A stretch of 64,000 nucleotides of DNA from an uncultured Chloroflexia bacterium (GCA_963792075.1 CAWBUW010000012.1:2099840-2163839), one strand, 5' to 3'. Positions 1 to 9,363 are shown, counted from the first letter of the stretch. Notes: generated from the letters alone by a model not told the origin. Numbers and translations are program-made.

Positions 1-130
1 TCATGCGCGTGCTGCCTATGTTAGCCAGCCTGCCAGGGGCTTTGTTCTTACCCAGCATCCTGGCTGGCGAGTCGATGCAAGAGGCGGAGACTGCCCTTGA
101 ATCTTAAGGTCCGTTTGTGCATAGCAAACG

Positions 131-739
131 ATGATAAGGAGTGGAGCAACTATGATCGAACCGATTAATCCAGTTGTGGAAGAACGCCTGCGCCAGGGGT
201 TCCGTTATATGAACCGTTTCATGGTGCTGATGTGGCGGTTAGGATTGGGGCCTTTCATGAACCGGCGCGAAGTGAGCGGGCAGATCATGGTGATCACCCA
301 CACCGGGCGTAAGAGCGGGCAACAGCGGCGTACCCCGGTCAATTATGCGCTGGTGGATGGCGAGGTGTATTGTATGGCAGGGTTTGGCGCAGGTTCCGAT
401 TGGTGCCGCAACATCCAGGCGAACCCGCAGGTCGAAATCTGGCTGCCGGAGGGGTGGTGGGGTGGCGTGGCTGAAGACGTCAGCGCCTCACCGGACAGGC
501 TGAATCTGCTGCGACAGGTGCTGGTCGCCAGTGGATTTGCTTCCTACGCGGTGGGCATAGACCCCTTCAAGATCAGCGACGAAGACCTGGCAAGAGTGAC
601 GGATAAATACCGCCTGGTGCACATCCGCCGCACGACTCCTTGTACCGGGCCGGGCGGGCCTTCCGAATTAGCCTGGGTCTGGCCTTTGAGCACCTTTGCC
701 TTATTGGCTTTGCTGCTGCTCCGTCCGCGGCGGAGATAA
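131..739 (+). CDS. Deazaflavin (F420)-dependent nitroreductase-family / DUF385-like protein with hydrophobic C-terminal tail
   Basis: 202-aa ORF. Block ITHTGRKSGQQRRTPVNY..DGEVYCMAGFGAGSDWCRNIQANPQVEIW is typical of the DUF385 split-barrel family. C-terminal LSTFALLALLLL segment. Confidence 0.6.
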   Translation: MIRSGATMIEPINPVVEERLRQGFRYMNRFMVLMWRLGLGPFMNRREVSGQIMVITHTGRKSGQQRRTPVNYALVDGEVYCMAGFGAGSDWCRNIQANPQVEIWLPEGWWGGVAEDVSASPDRLNLLRQVLVASGFASYAVGIDPFKISDEDLARVTDKYRLVHIRRTTPCTGPGGPSELAWVWPLSTFALLALLLLRPRRR

Positions 740-776
740 GTGTTTTTGGACAGCCTGTAATACCCCAATTTCAGCA

Positions 777-785
777 TGGTATAAT
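777..785 (+). promoter_or_regulatory. Extended -10 promoter element (TGgTATAAT) upstream of the methyltransferase gene
   Basis: catGGTATAAT with TG at 777-778 and TATAAT at 780-785. AAGGTGA Shine-Dalgarno at 796-802, ATG at 807. Confidence 0.35.
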
Positions 786-806
786 TTTGCCTACTAAGGT
801 GAAAAA

Positions 807-1610
807 ATGAAAATTGATTATCAAGAAACAACCAACGATCTCCTAACCCGCATTGATATCCATCAGAAATACGGCGGGCGGGATATCGACCAGTGGATGT
901 TGGAAGTGCTCCAATTACAGCAGGGTATGCGCATCCTGGATGTGGGCTGTGGCGCGGGCAAGCAGTGTTTTGTCTTCGATGCCGCGCTGCAAGGAAAGGC
1001 CGATATCACCGGTGGGGATGTGTCGGTTGAGCTGCTGGAGAAGGCGCGCCAGGAAAACGCGGTCAAAGCCGCCGATCGGGTAAAGTTCATCGAGTTGGAT
1101 TTTGACAAGGTCTTCCCCTTCGAAGCAGACCAGTTTGACTTGCTCTCTGCCTGCTTTACGATCTATTACATGTCGGACATCCCCTTCACGGTGGGGCAGA
1201 TGCACCGTGTGCTCAAACCGGGTGGGCGGCTGTTCACCTCGGGCCCAATGCCAGAAAACAAGAAAGTCTTTTATGACATCATCCGCCAGGCCACAGGCAA
1301 ACCCATCCCATTGATGCCTGGCAGTTCGCGCTATGGCACGCTCATCCTTGAAATGATCCGCTCCGTCTTCAAAAATGTGGAGGTGCATATTTTCGAAAAC
1401 CCGCTGACTTTCGACGGAGTCGAGCCGTTCATGGCATACACCCGGGCTTCCTTGTCTGAGGACCGCAAGCTGTGGAAGAGCCTGTTCGAAGATAAAAAAG
1501 GCTTCGCCCGCGTGATCGAGCAGATCCAGGCCGTAGCGGAACGCCGCATTGCCCAGGAAGGCAAGATCGTGATGACCAAGGTAGTCGGTGGGTTCGTAGC
1601 CACCAAGTAG
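807..1610 (+). CDS. Class I SAM-dependent methyltransferase
   Basis: Motif I ILDVGCGAGKQ, acidic motif II, LKPGGRLF motif. 267 aa. Confidence 0.8.
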   Translation: MKIDYQETTNDLLTRIDIHQKYGGRDIDQWMLEVLQLQQGMRILDVGCGAGKQCFVFDAALQGKADITGGDVSVELLEKARQENAVKAADRVKFIELDFDKVFPFEADQFDLLSACFTIYYMSDIPFTVGQMHRVLKPGGRLFTSGPMPENKKVFYDIIRQATGKPIPLMPGSSRYGTLILEMIRSVFKNVEVHIFENPLTFDGVEPFMAYTRASLSEDRKLWKSLFEDKKGFARVIEQIQAVAERRIAQEGKIVMTKVVGGFVATK

Positions 1611-1618
1611 GCATTTCT

Positions 1619-2263
1619 ATGGGCTTGTCTTTTTACGGTCAGCGCTTGTGTTTCATCGGCGCCCACCCGGACGATATCGAGCTGGGCTGTGGGGCATTTA
1701 TCTCCAACGTCCTCGGGCAGGCAGAGATCCTGTGCGTTACGCTTTCAGATAACCAGAAGAACCCGGATTTGCAGCACCTGGTGGAAGAGCATTACCGCAG
1801 CATGGCTGTGCTGGGTGTGCCGCGCGAGCAGGTGCGCCTGGAGCCATTTGTCACCCGTCGTTTCCCGCAAGATCGCCAGGAAATCTTGGAATACCTGTTC
1901 CAGCTCAATAAGACCTATAAGCCGGATATCGTCTTCACGCATACCCGCTCGGATATCCACCAGGACCACGAGCAGACCACCGAAGAGGTGCTGCGGGCTT
2001 TTCGCGGTACCACCGTGTTGGGGTTCGATGTGACGCGTTCCAGCTACGGCTTCTTCCCACATTTCCTGGTCGAAGTGACTGCCGCGGACGTGGAAAAGAA
2101 AATCCAGGCGCTGGAGCAGTACACCACGTACCATGACCGCTACTATTTCAGCGCAGACCTGATCCGGGCGACCCTGATCCGGCACGGGGCATTGGCTGAA
2201 AAGCAGTTTGCAGAAGGGTTTGATATTTTGAGGATTGTGGGGAATTTCCAGAAGTGTCAGTAA
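1619..2263 (+). CDS. PIG-L / LmbE-family N-acetylglucosaminyl deacetylase
   Basis: AHPDDIELGCG and HQDH zinc-binding motifs characteristic of the PIG-L family. Confidence 0.8.
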   Translation: MGLSFYGQRLCFIGAHPDDIELGCGAFISNVLGQAEILCVTLSDNQKNPDLQHLVEEHYRSMAVLGVPREQVRLEPFVTRRFPQDRQEILEYLFQLNKTYKPDIVFTHTRSDIHQDHEQTTEEVLRAFRGTTVLGFDVTRSSYGFFPHFLVEVTAADVEKKIQALEQYTTYHDRYYFSADLIRATLIRHGALAEKQFAEGFDILRIVGNFQKCQ

Positions 2264-2321
2264 GCGGTCTCTACTTTGGCTGATAACCTGTTCTTTCATC
2301 AACAATGCAGGTGATGATCCT

Positions 2322-2639
2322 ATGCTAAGAAAAGATTTGAAGGTAGCCCGCACCTTGAGAAAACGTCTGGAAACCATTCCGGCATTCAAACGAATGATGG
2401 TCTTTGGCTCGCGTGCGCGCGGAGATGCCAATCCGGACTCTGACCTGGATTTATTCATTGAGGTTTCCGACCTCAATGCGGAAATTCGTGAGCAAATTCA
2501 AATGGCAGCCTGGGAAGTCAGCCTTGAAAATGGAGTTGTCATTTCCTCTTTTATTGCCAGTTCCTATTCGCTGAAGCACAGTTTATTGGCAGCTAACCCA
2601 TTGCTAAAGGCTATCGAAATGGATGGCATAGCAGTATGA
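2322..2639 (+). CDS. MNT-type minimal nucleotidyltransferase (antitoxin-like partner of HEPN)
   Basis: GSRARGDANPDSDLDL (GS-x9-12-DxD) Pol-beta-fold NTase motif. ATG at 2322 chosen over the upstream alternative start. The stop overlaps the next gene by 4 nt (ATGA). Locally AT-rich. Confidence 0.8.
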   Translation: MLRKDLKVARTLRKRLETIPAFKRMMVFGSRARGDANPDSDLDLFIEVSDLNAEIREQIQMAAWEVSLENGVVISSFIASSYSLKHSLLAANPLLKAIEMDGIAV

Positions 2640-3034
2640 GTGACAATCCACGCGCAGAGTTAATCACTTATCGCCTCCAACAGGCCAATGAGAGCCTTAA
2701 AGAGGCTCAAATCCTTGCTGAGGCCTCTCTATGGCGTGGCGCGATCAACCGCGCTTATTACGCCATGTTTTATGCAGTTCTGGCGCTAACGGTAATCAAC
2801 CAGCAAGTCATATCAAAACATTCTGGCGTGATCGCTTTTTTTGATAGGGATTTTGTACGGACCGGGATCTTCCCAAAGGAACTTTCCCGTTATTTGCATT
2901 TTGCTTTCGAGCGCAGGCAAAATAGCGACTACGGGGATTTATTTAGCGCAGATCAAGAAGAAACCAATCGAGCGATCAAAGAAGCTGATGAATTTGTCAC
3001 ACTGGTCAAGAATTACCTGCACGATAAGAATTGA
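2636..3034 (+). CDS. HEPN domain protein (toxin-like partner of MNT)
   Basis: All-helical 132-aa protein with AINRAYYAMFYA and ERRQNSDYGD blocks typical of classical HEPN (PF05168-like). Translationally coupled to the MNT gene. Confidence 0.75.
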   Translation: MSDNPRAELITYRLQQANESLKEAQILAEASLWRGAINRAYYAMFYAVLALTVINQQVISKHSGVIAFFDRDFVRTGIFPKELSRYLHFAFERRQNSDYGDLFSADQEETNRAIKEADEFVTLVKNYLHDKN

Positions 3035-3073
3035 CATCCCTGGACCTCAAACGAAATAATTACTTTCTTACCC

Positions 3074-3101
3074 TTGACCCAGAGTGGATCGCGGCTATAA
3101 T
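3074..3101 (+). promoter_or_regulatory. Sigma-70-type promoter at the head of the long plus-strand glycan gene array
   Basis: TTGACC (3074-3079), 16-nt spacer, TATAAT (3096-3101). First gene starts at 3139. Confidence 0.45.
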
Positions 3102-3115
3102 TCAGTTGCTGAATT
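3099..3115. promoter_or_regulatory. Operator-like palindrome AATTCAG-TTG-CTGAATT overlapping the -10/TSS region
   Basis: Perfect 7-bp inverted arms. CTGAAT occurs again at 3122-3127. Sits directly upstream of the wHTH regulator gene. Confidence 0.35.
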
Positions 3116-3138
3116 TCATGCACTGAATATAGGATATT

Positions 3139-3642
3139 ATGGATCATACTGCCGAAACCACTCACGATCTGGCCTTGCTGGAACAGATCGAAAACGACCC
3201 CAATATCACCCAGGCCTCGCTGGCAACCCGCCTGGGCGTTGCCGTGGGTACAGTCAACTGGCATATCAAGCGCCTGATCACCAAAGGATATGTCAAAGTC
3301 AAGCGCGCTGAGCGGCGCAAGCTGCGCTATATCATCACCCCCGAGGGGATCGCCCACCGCGCTCTTTTGACGGTAGACTATATCGAGCAGTCGCTGCTGA
3401 TGTACCGCAATACACGCCAGCGCGTGGTCGAGCACCTGCGGGCTGTAAAACACGCCGGGTATGACCGGGTGCGCATTATGGGGGAGAGCAGCATCGCTGT
3501 AGACCTGGCAGACATCTGCCGCCTTACCTGCCTGGAGCAGGGGGTGCAGGTGGTCGAGGATGGGGATGCGCCGGCGCTGGTGGTGCAGGGTTTTAGTGTA
3601 AAATTGGTGTTCGACCAGGCAGAGGCCGGGCAAAAGGTATAG
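3139..3642 (+). CDS. MarR-like winged-helix transcriptional regulator (EPS-locus-associated type)
   Basis: N-terminal wHTH ITQASLATRLGVAVGTVNWHIKRLITKGYVKVKR. First gene of the glycan array. Confidence 0.6.
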   Translation: MDHTAETTHDLALLEQIENDPNITQASLATRLGVAVGTVNWHIKRLITKGYVKVKRAERRKLRYIITPEGIAHRALLTVDYIEQSLLMYRNTRQRVVEHLRAVKHAGYDRVRIMGESSIAVDLADICRLTCLEQGVQVVEDGDAPALVVQGFSVKLVFDQAEAGQKV

Positions 3643-3662
3643 GAAGCTTGAGGCGAGAACGC

Positions 3663-4556
3663 ATGGCGCAGATAACCAACCCCGCCGCGGGTAGTGAGAT
3701 TCCCCACCCGAAAGAAGAAATCATCCTGATCCAGGCGACGCACGGCCTGGCGGCGCTGAACCTGCGCGACCTGTGGGTTTACCGCGAGCTGATCTTCTTC
3801 CTCATCTGGCGCGACCTGAAGGTGCGCTACAAGCAGACACTGCTGGGGGCCAGTTGGGCCATCTTGCAGCCGGTGCTGCAGATGGTGGTGTTCACCCTGC
3901 TGTTTGACCGCCTGGCAAACCTTTCCTCGGATGGCGTGCCGTACCCGATTTTCAATTACACCGCGCTGCTGCCCTGGGGACTGTTTTCCAAAGCCTTGAC
4001 GGATGCCGGGCGTTCGCTGGTCAACAACCGTAACATGATCACAAAAGTTTATTTTCCGCGCCTGGTCATTCCGCTGGCTTCGACGTTGAGCGGCATGGTG
4101 GATTTCGCGGTTGCCTTCCTGGTCCTGGTAGTGATGATGCTGTATTACCACTTCACGCCTGGTTCCGGCTACCAGTTCGTTCCCAGCACGGCGCTGCTGG
4201 CGCTGCTGCCGCTGTTGCTGCTGGCGCTGGTGGCGGCGTTGGGCGCCAGCCTGTGGCTCTCGGCGATGAACGTGCTCTACCGTGACGTGGGTTATGTATT
4301 GCCCTTCCTGACGCAGATCTGGTTCTTCGCCACCCCAATCGTGTATTCCTCCTCTGCGGTGCCGCAGCACCTGCGTTGGCTGTATGCCCTGAACCCCATG
4401 GTCGGTGTGATTGATGGTTTTCGCTGGGCGCTGCTGGGCACCCCTGCACCGGATACCCTGGGAATGGGGGTTTCGATTATTGTTGCGTTGGTACTGCTGG
4501 TCAGTGGGCTGGTGTATTTCCGGCGCATGGAACGCTCGTTTGCGGATGAGATTTAG
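3663..4556 (+). CDS. wzm: ABC-2 type polysaccharide export permease (Wzm/TagG/KpsM-like)
   Basis: LWVYRELIFFLIWRDLKVRYKQTLLGASWAILQP signature and about 6 TM segments. ATG at 3663 preferred over TTG at 3648. Confidence 0.8.
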   Translation: MAQITNPAAGSEIPHPKEEIILIQATHGLAALNLRDLWVYRELIFFLIWRDLKVRYKQTLLGASWAILQPVLQMVVFTLLFDRLANLSSDGVPYPIFNYTALLPWGLFSKALTDAGRSLVNNRNMITKVYFPRLVIPLASTLSGMVDFAVAFLVLVVMMLYYHFTPGSGYQFVPSTALLALLPLLLLALVAALGASLWLSAMNVLYRDVGYVLPFLTQIWFFATPIVYSSSAVPQHLRWLYALNPMVGVIDGFRWALLGTPAPDTLGMGVSIIVALVLLVSGLVYFRRMERSFADEI

Positions 4557-4568
4557 GAGCAGCGGCTG

Positions 4569-5840
4569 ATGTCGGACATAGCAATTCGCGTGGAGAAATT
4601 GAGCAAGCAGTTCAAGATTGGGTCTGCACCCGTCCAATACCGCACGCTGCGGGATTCGCTGACGGATGTGCTGGCTGCCCCGGCACGCTTGTTAAAGAGT
4701 GGCTCACCCGGTCGAGAAAAAAGTACGATCTGGGCGCTGCAGGATGTCTCATTCGAAATCCACAAAGGACAGGTCGTGGGTGTGATCGGCCGCAACGGTG
4801 CCGGGAAGAGCACGCTGTTGAAGATCCTCTCACGAGTGACCGAGCCAACCTCGGGCCGGGCGGAAGTGCGCGGCCGGGTGGGGGCGCTGCTCGAAGTGGG
4901 CACGGGGTTCCACCCCGAGTTGAGCGGGCGGGAGAATATCTACCTCAACGGCGCCATCCTGGGCATGAAGCGTACCGAGATCGAGCGCAAGTTCGATGAA
5001 ATCGTGGCTTTTTCGGAAGTGGAACAGTTCATTGATACGCCTGTGAAGCGCTATTCGAGCGGCATGTACCTGCGCCTGGCGTTTGCCGTGGCAGCACACC
5101 TGGAGCCGGAGATCCTGGTCGTGGATGAAGTGCTGGCAGTGGGCGATGCGGAGTTTCAGCGCAAGTGCCTGGGCAAGATGAGCGACGTGGCCCAGGAAGG
5201 GCGCACCGTATTGTTTGTCAGCCATAATATGTCGGCTATCCTGCGCCTGACCGATGAAGCGCTCGTGCTGGAAAAAGGCAAGCTGGCGCTGCGCGCTCCC
5301 ACGCCTGAGGCGGTGGATTATTACATGGCGGCGGGTTTTTCCGAAACCGGCGAGCGTACCTGGCAGCGTGACGAAATACCGGCAGACGCAGCGCCGTTTA
5401 CCCCCCTGGCGCTGCGCGTGCGCAACCCGCAGGGGCAGGTGGCAGACACGCTGCGCACCACCGATCCTGTGACGGTGGAATTTGATTATGAGCTGAGCAG
5501 CCCCATTACCGGGCTGCGCGTGGGGCTGTACCTGCTGACCTTGCGAGGGGAATACGTATTCACTTCGTTTGATACGGATGACCCGGAGCGGTTTGACCAG
5601 TATGGGGTGCGTGCAGCCGGGCGCTATACCAGCCGCTGCACACTACCGGCGAACCTGTTGAATGACGGGCGCTACGTGCTGGCAGTCAACGCCAGCGCCT
5701 TCCGTGTGCGGCGTTATTTTTATGACGATCACGCCCTGGCAATTACGCTGGATGGCACCGGCGCGCCCGGCAAGCACTGGCCGGAGCCGCGGTTGGGGCC
5801 GGTGCGGCCCGCGCTGGATTGGGAAATCCTGAAAAGATGA
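4569..5840 (+). CDS. wzt: Polysaccharide ABC transporter ATP-binding protein with C-terminal beta-rich extension (Wzt-like with putative glycan-binding domain)
   Basis: Walker A GRNGAGKST, YSSGM signature variant typical of Wzt/TagH, Walker B ILVVDE. About 170 extra C-terminal residues. Confidence 0.85.
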   Translation: MSDIAIRVEKLSKQFKIGSAPVQYRTLRDSLTDVLAAPARLLKSGSPGREKSTIWALQDVSFEIHKGQVVGVIGRNGAGKSTLLKILSRVTEPTSGRAEVRGRVGALLEVGTGFHPELSGRENIYLNGAILGMKRTEIERKFDEIVAFSEVEQFIDTPVKRYSSGMYLRLAFAVAAHLEPEILVVDEVLAVGDAEFQRKCLGKMSDVAQEGRTVLFVSHNMSAILRLTDEALVLEKGKLALRAPTPEAVDYYMAAGFSETGERTWQRDEIPADAAPFTPLALRVRNPQGQVADTLRTTDPVTVEFDYELSSPITGLRVGLYLLTLRGEYVFTSFDTDDPERFDQYGVRAAGRYTSRCTLPANLLNDGRYVLAVNASAFRVRRYFYDDHALAITLDGTGAPGKHWPEPRLGPVRPALDWEILKR

Positions 5841-7459
5841 GCGAGCGAAATATATTAAAAGATTGGTTGGGAGATTTACCCTGGGCAGCCGAGCTGTGGT
5901 GGCAGGTGCGCCAACCTGGCCGGCCGGTGACGGATAAATTTGCGCTGGACCATCTGCAAAAAGCGCTGCCGGGCTGGCGGACAGAGGTGGGGGAGGCGCT
6001 GCAGGAAAAGCTCAAAGCCGGGGATTCCCTGCCAGGGAAGAAAGTATTGGTTTTTGGCACACTGCGCTGGTGGGTGGAACATACCGCGCTGATAGGGTTA
6101 GGGTTGGCAGGCATGGGGCACCAGGTGACTTTAGCCTACCTGCCCTACGCCTTGTGGCAGGAGCCGATCAACCGCTTCGATTTGCATCGACAGAATGCTT
6201 ATGCGCGCCACTTACTCTCACAGGCCGAGCCGCTGGTGAAGGTAATCTCATTCCTGGACGAAAGGCTGGCTTTTAGAGGCTCGCTACCCGAAGAGGTCGA
6301 GCAGGCCGTGGCCCAGGTTGCGCTGCGCGATACGCAGTACACGCTGCAGGTGGAGCAGGTCTCCACGGATTCAGACCTGTACCGCTTACGCCTGGAGCGC
6401 AACCGGCAGGCGGCGCGCGTGGCATACGGTTGGCTGCAGCGCAACCGCCCGGAGGTGATCGTGCTGCCCAATGGCACGATCCTGGAATTTGGGGTGCTCT
6501 ACCAGGTGGCCCGTTACTTAGAGATCCCGGTGGTGACTTATGAATTTGGTGAACAGCGCCAGCGCATCTGGTTGGCGCGCAACGCGGAGGTAATGCGCCA
6601 GCAAACCGACGACCTCTGGCAGGCACGTAAGGACCAACCCCTGGATGCTTCTCAACAGCAGCAGGTTCGGAAGTTGTTTGCCGCGCGCCAACGCGCCAGC
6701 CTGTGGGAGAATTTTGCCCGGCGTTGGCAGGGCGCGCCCAGTGAGGGCGGTGAGCAGGCGCGGAAGACTTTAGGCCTGGACGGGCGTCCGGTTGTGCTGC
6801 TGGCGACCAATGTGATCGGCGATAGCCTGACGCTGGGGCGGCAGGTCTTCAGCGACTCGATGACCGGATGGCTCGAGCGCACCACGCAGTTCTTCGCCGG
6901 CCGCCCAGACGTGCAGTTTGTGATCCGCATCCACCCGGGCGAATTGATCACCAAGGGGCCTTCAGTGGCAGATGTGGTCCTGCGCGCCCTGGAAAAGACA
7001 GATGCCGCGGAACTACCCGAGCACATCCATATGGTCCCGGCAGATGGCAAGGTGAACACGTATGACTTGGTCGAGATCGCCGACCTGGGGTTGGTGTACA
7101 CCACCACGGTAGGGATGGAGATGGCGATGAGCGGTGTGCCGGTCCTGGTGGTCGGCAATACACATTACCGGGGCAAGGGGTTCACGCTCGATCCGCAGAC
7201 CTGGGAAGGGTATTTTGAGCTGCTCACGCAGGTTCTGGCGCAGCCAGCGCTTTTCCGCCCCACGCAGCAGCAGGTGGCAGATGCCTGGCATTATGCCTAC
7301 CGGTTCTTCTTCGATTACCCCCATCCTTTCCCCTGGCATGTAACGCGCATTTGGACGGATGTAGAGGAATGGCCGCTGCGACGTGTGCTGAGCACGGAGG
7401 GGCAGCAGGTGTTTGGCCAGACCTTCGCGTATTTGACCGGTGAAGCCGTAGTGTGGTAG
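5837..7459 (+). CDS. KpsS/KpsC-like (Capsule_synth-like) GT-B protein, putative CMP-ulosonic-acid-dependent glycosyltransferase (paralog 1)
   Basis: FVIRIHPGE HP motif followed about 58 aa later by VYTTTVGMEMAMSGVPVLVVG, resembling the HP and INSTxG blocks of KpsS/KpsC. ATGA overlap with the wzt stop. Confidence 0.5.
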   Translation: MSERNILKDWLGDLPWAAELWWQVRQPGRPVTDKFALDHLQKALPGWRTEVGEALQEKLKAGDSLPGKKVLVFGTLRWWVEHTALIGLGLAGMGHQVTLAYLPYALWQEPINRFDLHRQNAYARHLLSQAEPLVKVISFLDERLAFRGSLPEEVEQAVAQVALRDTQYTLQVEQVSTDSDLYRLRLERNRQAARVAYGWLQRNRPEVIVLPNGTILEFGVLYQVARYLEIPVVTYEFGEQRQRIWLARNAEVMRQQTDDLWQARKDQPLDASQQQQVRKLFAARQRASLWENFARRWQGAPSEGGEQARKTLGLDGRPVVLLATNVIGDSLTLGRQVFSDSMTGWLERTTQFFAGRPDVQFVIRIHPGELITKGPSVADVVLRALEKTDAAELPEHIHMVPADGKVNTYDLVEIADLGLVYTTTVGMEMAMSGVPVLVVGNTHYRGKGFTLDPQTWEGYFELLTQVLAQPALFRPTQQQVADAWHYAYRFFFDYPHPFPWHVTRIWTDVEEWPLRRVLSTEGQQVFGQTFAYLTGEAVVW

Positions 7460-7461
7460 TT

Positions 7462-8319
7462 ATGAAGGTTAAGCAACAGGTACAGGAATTTTATAACCAG
7501 GTTGGCTGGCAGCAGTTGAGCGAAGGGGTGTACCAGAACGCGGCGTATGAAGATCTGCGCCCGGTTTCGAGGGATTATATCCACAAATGTCACCTGCGTG
7601 TGCTGCGCTATCTGAAACCCAGCGGCCGGTTTTTCCTCGACGCGGGCTCTGGTCCGATCCAGTACATGGAATACCTGGAGTATTCGCGCCAGTACCAGCG
7701 GCGGGTATGCGTCGATATTTCCATCCTGGCGCTGCAAGAAGCGCGCCATCGGATTGGAGACCACGGCCTCTACGTGGTCGCGGACGTCGCCAACCTGCCC
7801 TTCAAAGCGGACAGCTTCGACGGCGGGGTGTCTTTGCATACGATCCACCATTTGCCTGCATCCGAGCATCCCCAGGCCTATACCGAGCTCGTGCGCGTGC
7901 TGGTAGACGACGCCACGGCGGTGGTGGTCAATGGATGGACGGACCCACCGTTGATGAAGCTTTTCGGTTGGCCGGTGGGGTGGGTGAAAGCGTGGCGCGA
8001 AAAGCGGGCAGCAAGAGCTGCCAACGCTGATGATGACCCTCAGCGAGCGCGTGAGCTCCTCGATCAGGCAGGCACTTTTGTGAGCAAGAACGATGCGGCC
8101 TGGCTGAAGCGCGAGGTGGGGGGACGCTTACCGCAGGGGACGCACCTGGAGATCTGGTGTTGGCGCAGCTTAAGTGTCGCATTTTTGCGCTCGTTTATTA
8201 ACGAACGCCTTGGGGGGCGGTGGCTGCTGCGCGGGATATTTTGGTTGGAAGAGCGTTTCCCACATTTCTTCGGGGAGCGCGGGCAGTATCCGCTGATCGT
8301 AATCAGGCGGGTTGGGTAG
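7462..8319 (+). CDS. Class I SAM-dependent methyltransferase
   Basis: FLDAGSGPIQ motif I, VVADVANLPF, SLHTIHHL blocks. Confidence 0.7.
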   Translation: MKVKQQVQEFYNQVGWQQLSEGVYQNAAYEDLRPVSRDYIHKCHLRVLRYLKPSGRFFLDAGSGPIQYMEYLEYSRQYQRRVCVDISILALQEARHRIGDHGLYVVADVANLPFKADSFDGGVSLHTIHHLPASEHPQAYTELVRVLVDDATAVVVNGWTDPPLMKLFGWPVGWVKAWREKRAARAANADDDPQRARELLDQAGTFVSKNDAAWLKREVGGRLPQGTHLEIWCWRSLSVAFLRSFINERLGGRWLLRGIFWLEERFPHFFGERGQYPLIVIRRVG

Positions 8320-8355
8320 GTATCGTGCCATTGAGTTTGCGCAAAGGAGAATGAA

Positions 8356-9363
8356 ATGGATTGGAGCCAACAAGTTGTTCTGGTGACTGGAGGAACGGGG
8401 TCTTTTGGCAAGCAGTTTGTCGAGATCATGCTCCAGGAGTGCCATCCGGCCAAGCTGATCGTTTTCAGCCGGGATGAGTTGAAACAACACGAGATGCGCG
8501 TGGCGGGTTTAGATCACCCCGACCTGCGCTATTTTATCGGGGACGTACGCGACGTGGAGCGCTTGCGCCGTGCCATGCACGGGGTAACCGTCGTGGTGCA
8601 CGCTGCGGCGTTGAAGCAGGTGCCGGCGTGCGAATACAACCCCATGGAAGCGATCAAGACCAATATCCTGGGCAGCAGCAACGTGATTGAGGCGGCGCTG
8701 GATGCGGGGGTGAAGCAGGTCCTGGCACTGAGTACCGATAAAGCGGTCAACCCGGTGAACCTGTATGGCGCCACCAAGTTGGCCGCAGAAAAGTTGTTTG
8801 TGCAAAGCAACTCGTACGCCGCCGGGACGAGAACCCGCTTTAGCTGCGTGCGCTATGGCAACGTCGTCGGCAGCCGCGGCAGCGTGGTGCCGGTCTTTAT
8901 CCGCCAACGCCAGACCGGCAAGTTGACCATTACCGACGACCGCATGACGCGCTTCTGGCTGACGCTGGACCAGGGTGTGCGTTTCGTGATCCACTGCATC
9001 GAGCAGATGCAGGGGGGCGAAGTGTTTGTGCCCAAGATCCCCAGCACACGCATCATTGACCTGGCGCGGGTGATCGCCCCAGAAGCGGAATATGACATTG
9101 TGGGAATTCGCCCGGGTGAGAAGCTGCATGAGGTGCTGATCTCAGAAGATGAATCGCGCTCAACGGTGGAGCGGGAGGAAATGTTCATCGTCAAGCCTGC
9201 CGCGACTCTGTGGCAGCGTGACCTGGCGTATGAAGGCAAGCCGCTGCCAGACGGCTTCCGCTATTCCAGCGACAACAACCCGGTCTGGTTAACCGAAGCG
9301 CAGATCCGGGAGATTGTGGCTCCCTTCGAAAAAGGGTCTACGCTGCAGGAGGCGGTTGGGTAA
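8356..9363 (+). CDS. pseB: UDP-N-acetylglucosamine 4,6-dehydratase (inverting), PseB/FlaA1 type
   Basis: VTGGTGSFGK, SRDELKQ, FIGDVRD, YGATKLAAEK, RYGNVVGSRGSVVP and IRPGEKLHE blocks are collinear with the PseB sequence as I recall it. Confidence 0.85.
   Translation: MDWSQQVVLVTGGTGSFGKQFVEIMLQECHPAKLIVFSRDELKQHEMRVAGLDHPDLRYFIGDVRDVERLRRAMHGVTVVVHAAALKQVPACEYNPMEAIKTNILGSSNVIEAALDAGVKQVLALSTDKAVNPVNLYGATKLAAEKLFVQSNSYAAGTRTRFSCVRYGNVVGSRGSVVPVFIRQRQTGKLTITDDRMTRFWLTLDQGVRFVIHCIEQMQGGEVFVPKIPSTRIIDLARVIAPEAEYDIVGIRPGEKLHEVLISEDESRSTVEREEMFIVKPAATLWQRDLAYEGKPLPDGFRYSSDNNPVWLTEAQIREIVAPFEKGSTLQEAVG

Noticed and set aside
1-107. Possible 3' end of a plus-strand gene entering the window (..ESMQEAETALES stop at 105-107)
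   Set aside because: It is too short, at 35 codons or fewer, and featureless. It cannot be supported without the upstream sequence.
3378-4637. 419-aa minus-strand ORF antisense to the regulator and wzm genes
   Set aside because: The sequence is Arg/Gln/His/Pro-rich and low-complexity, typical of the antisense frame of high-GC coding DNA. It fully overlaps well-supported plus-strand genes that carry clear motifs.
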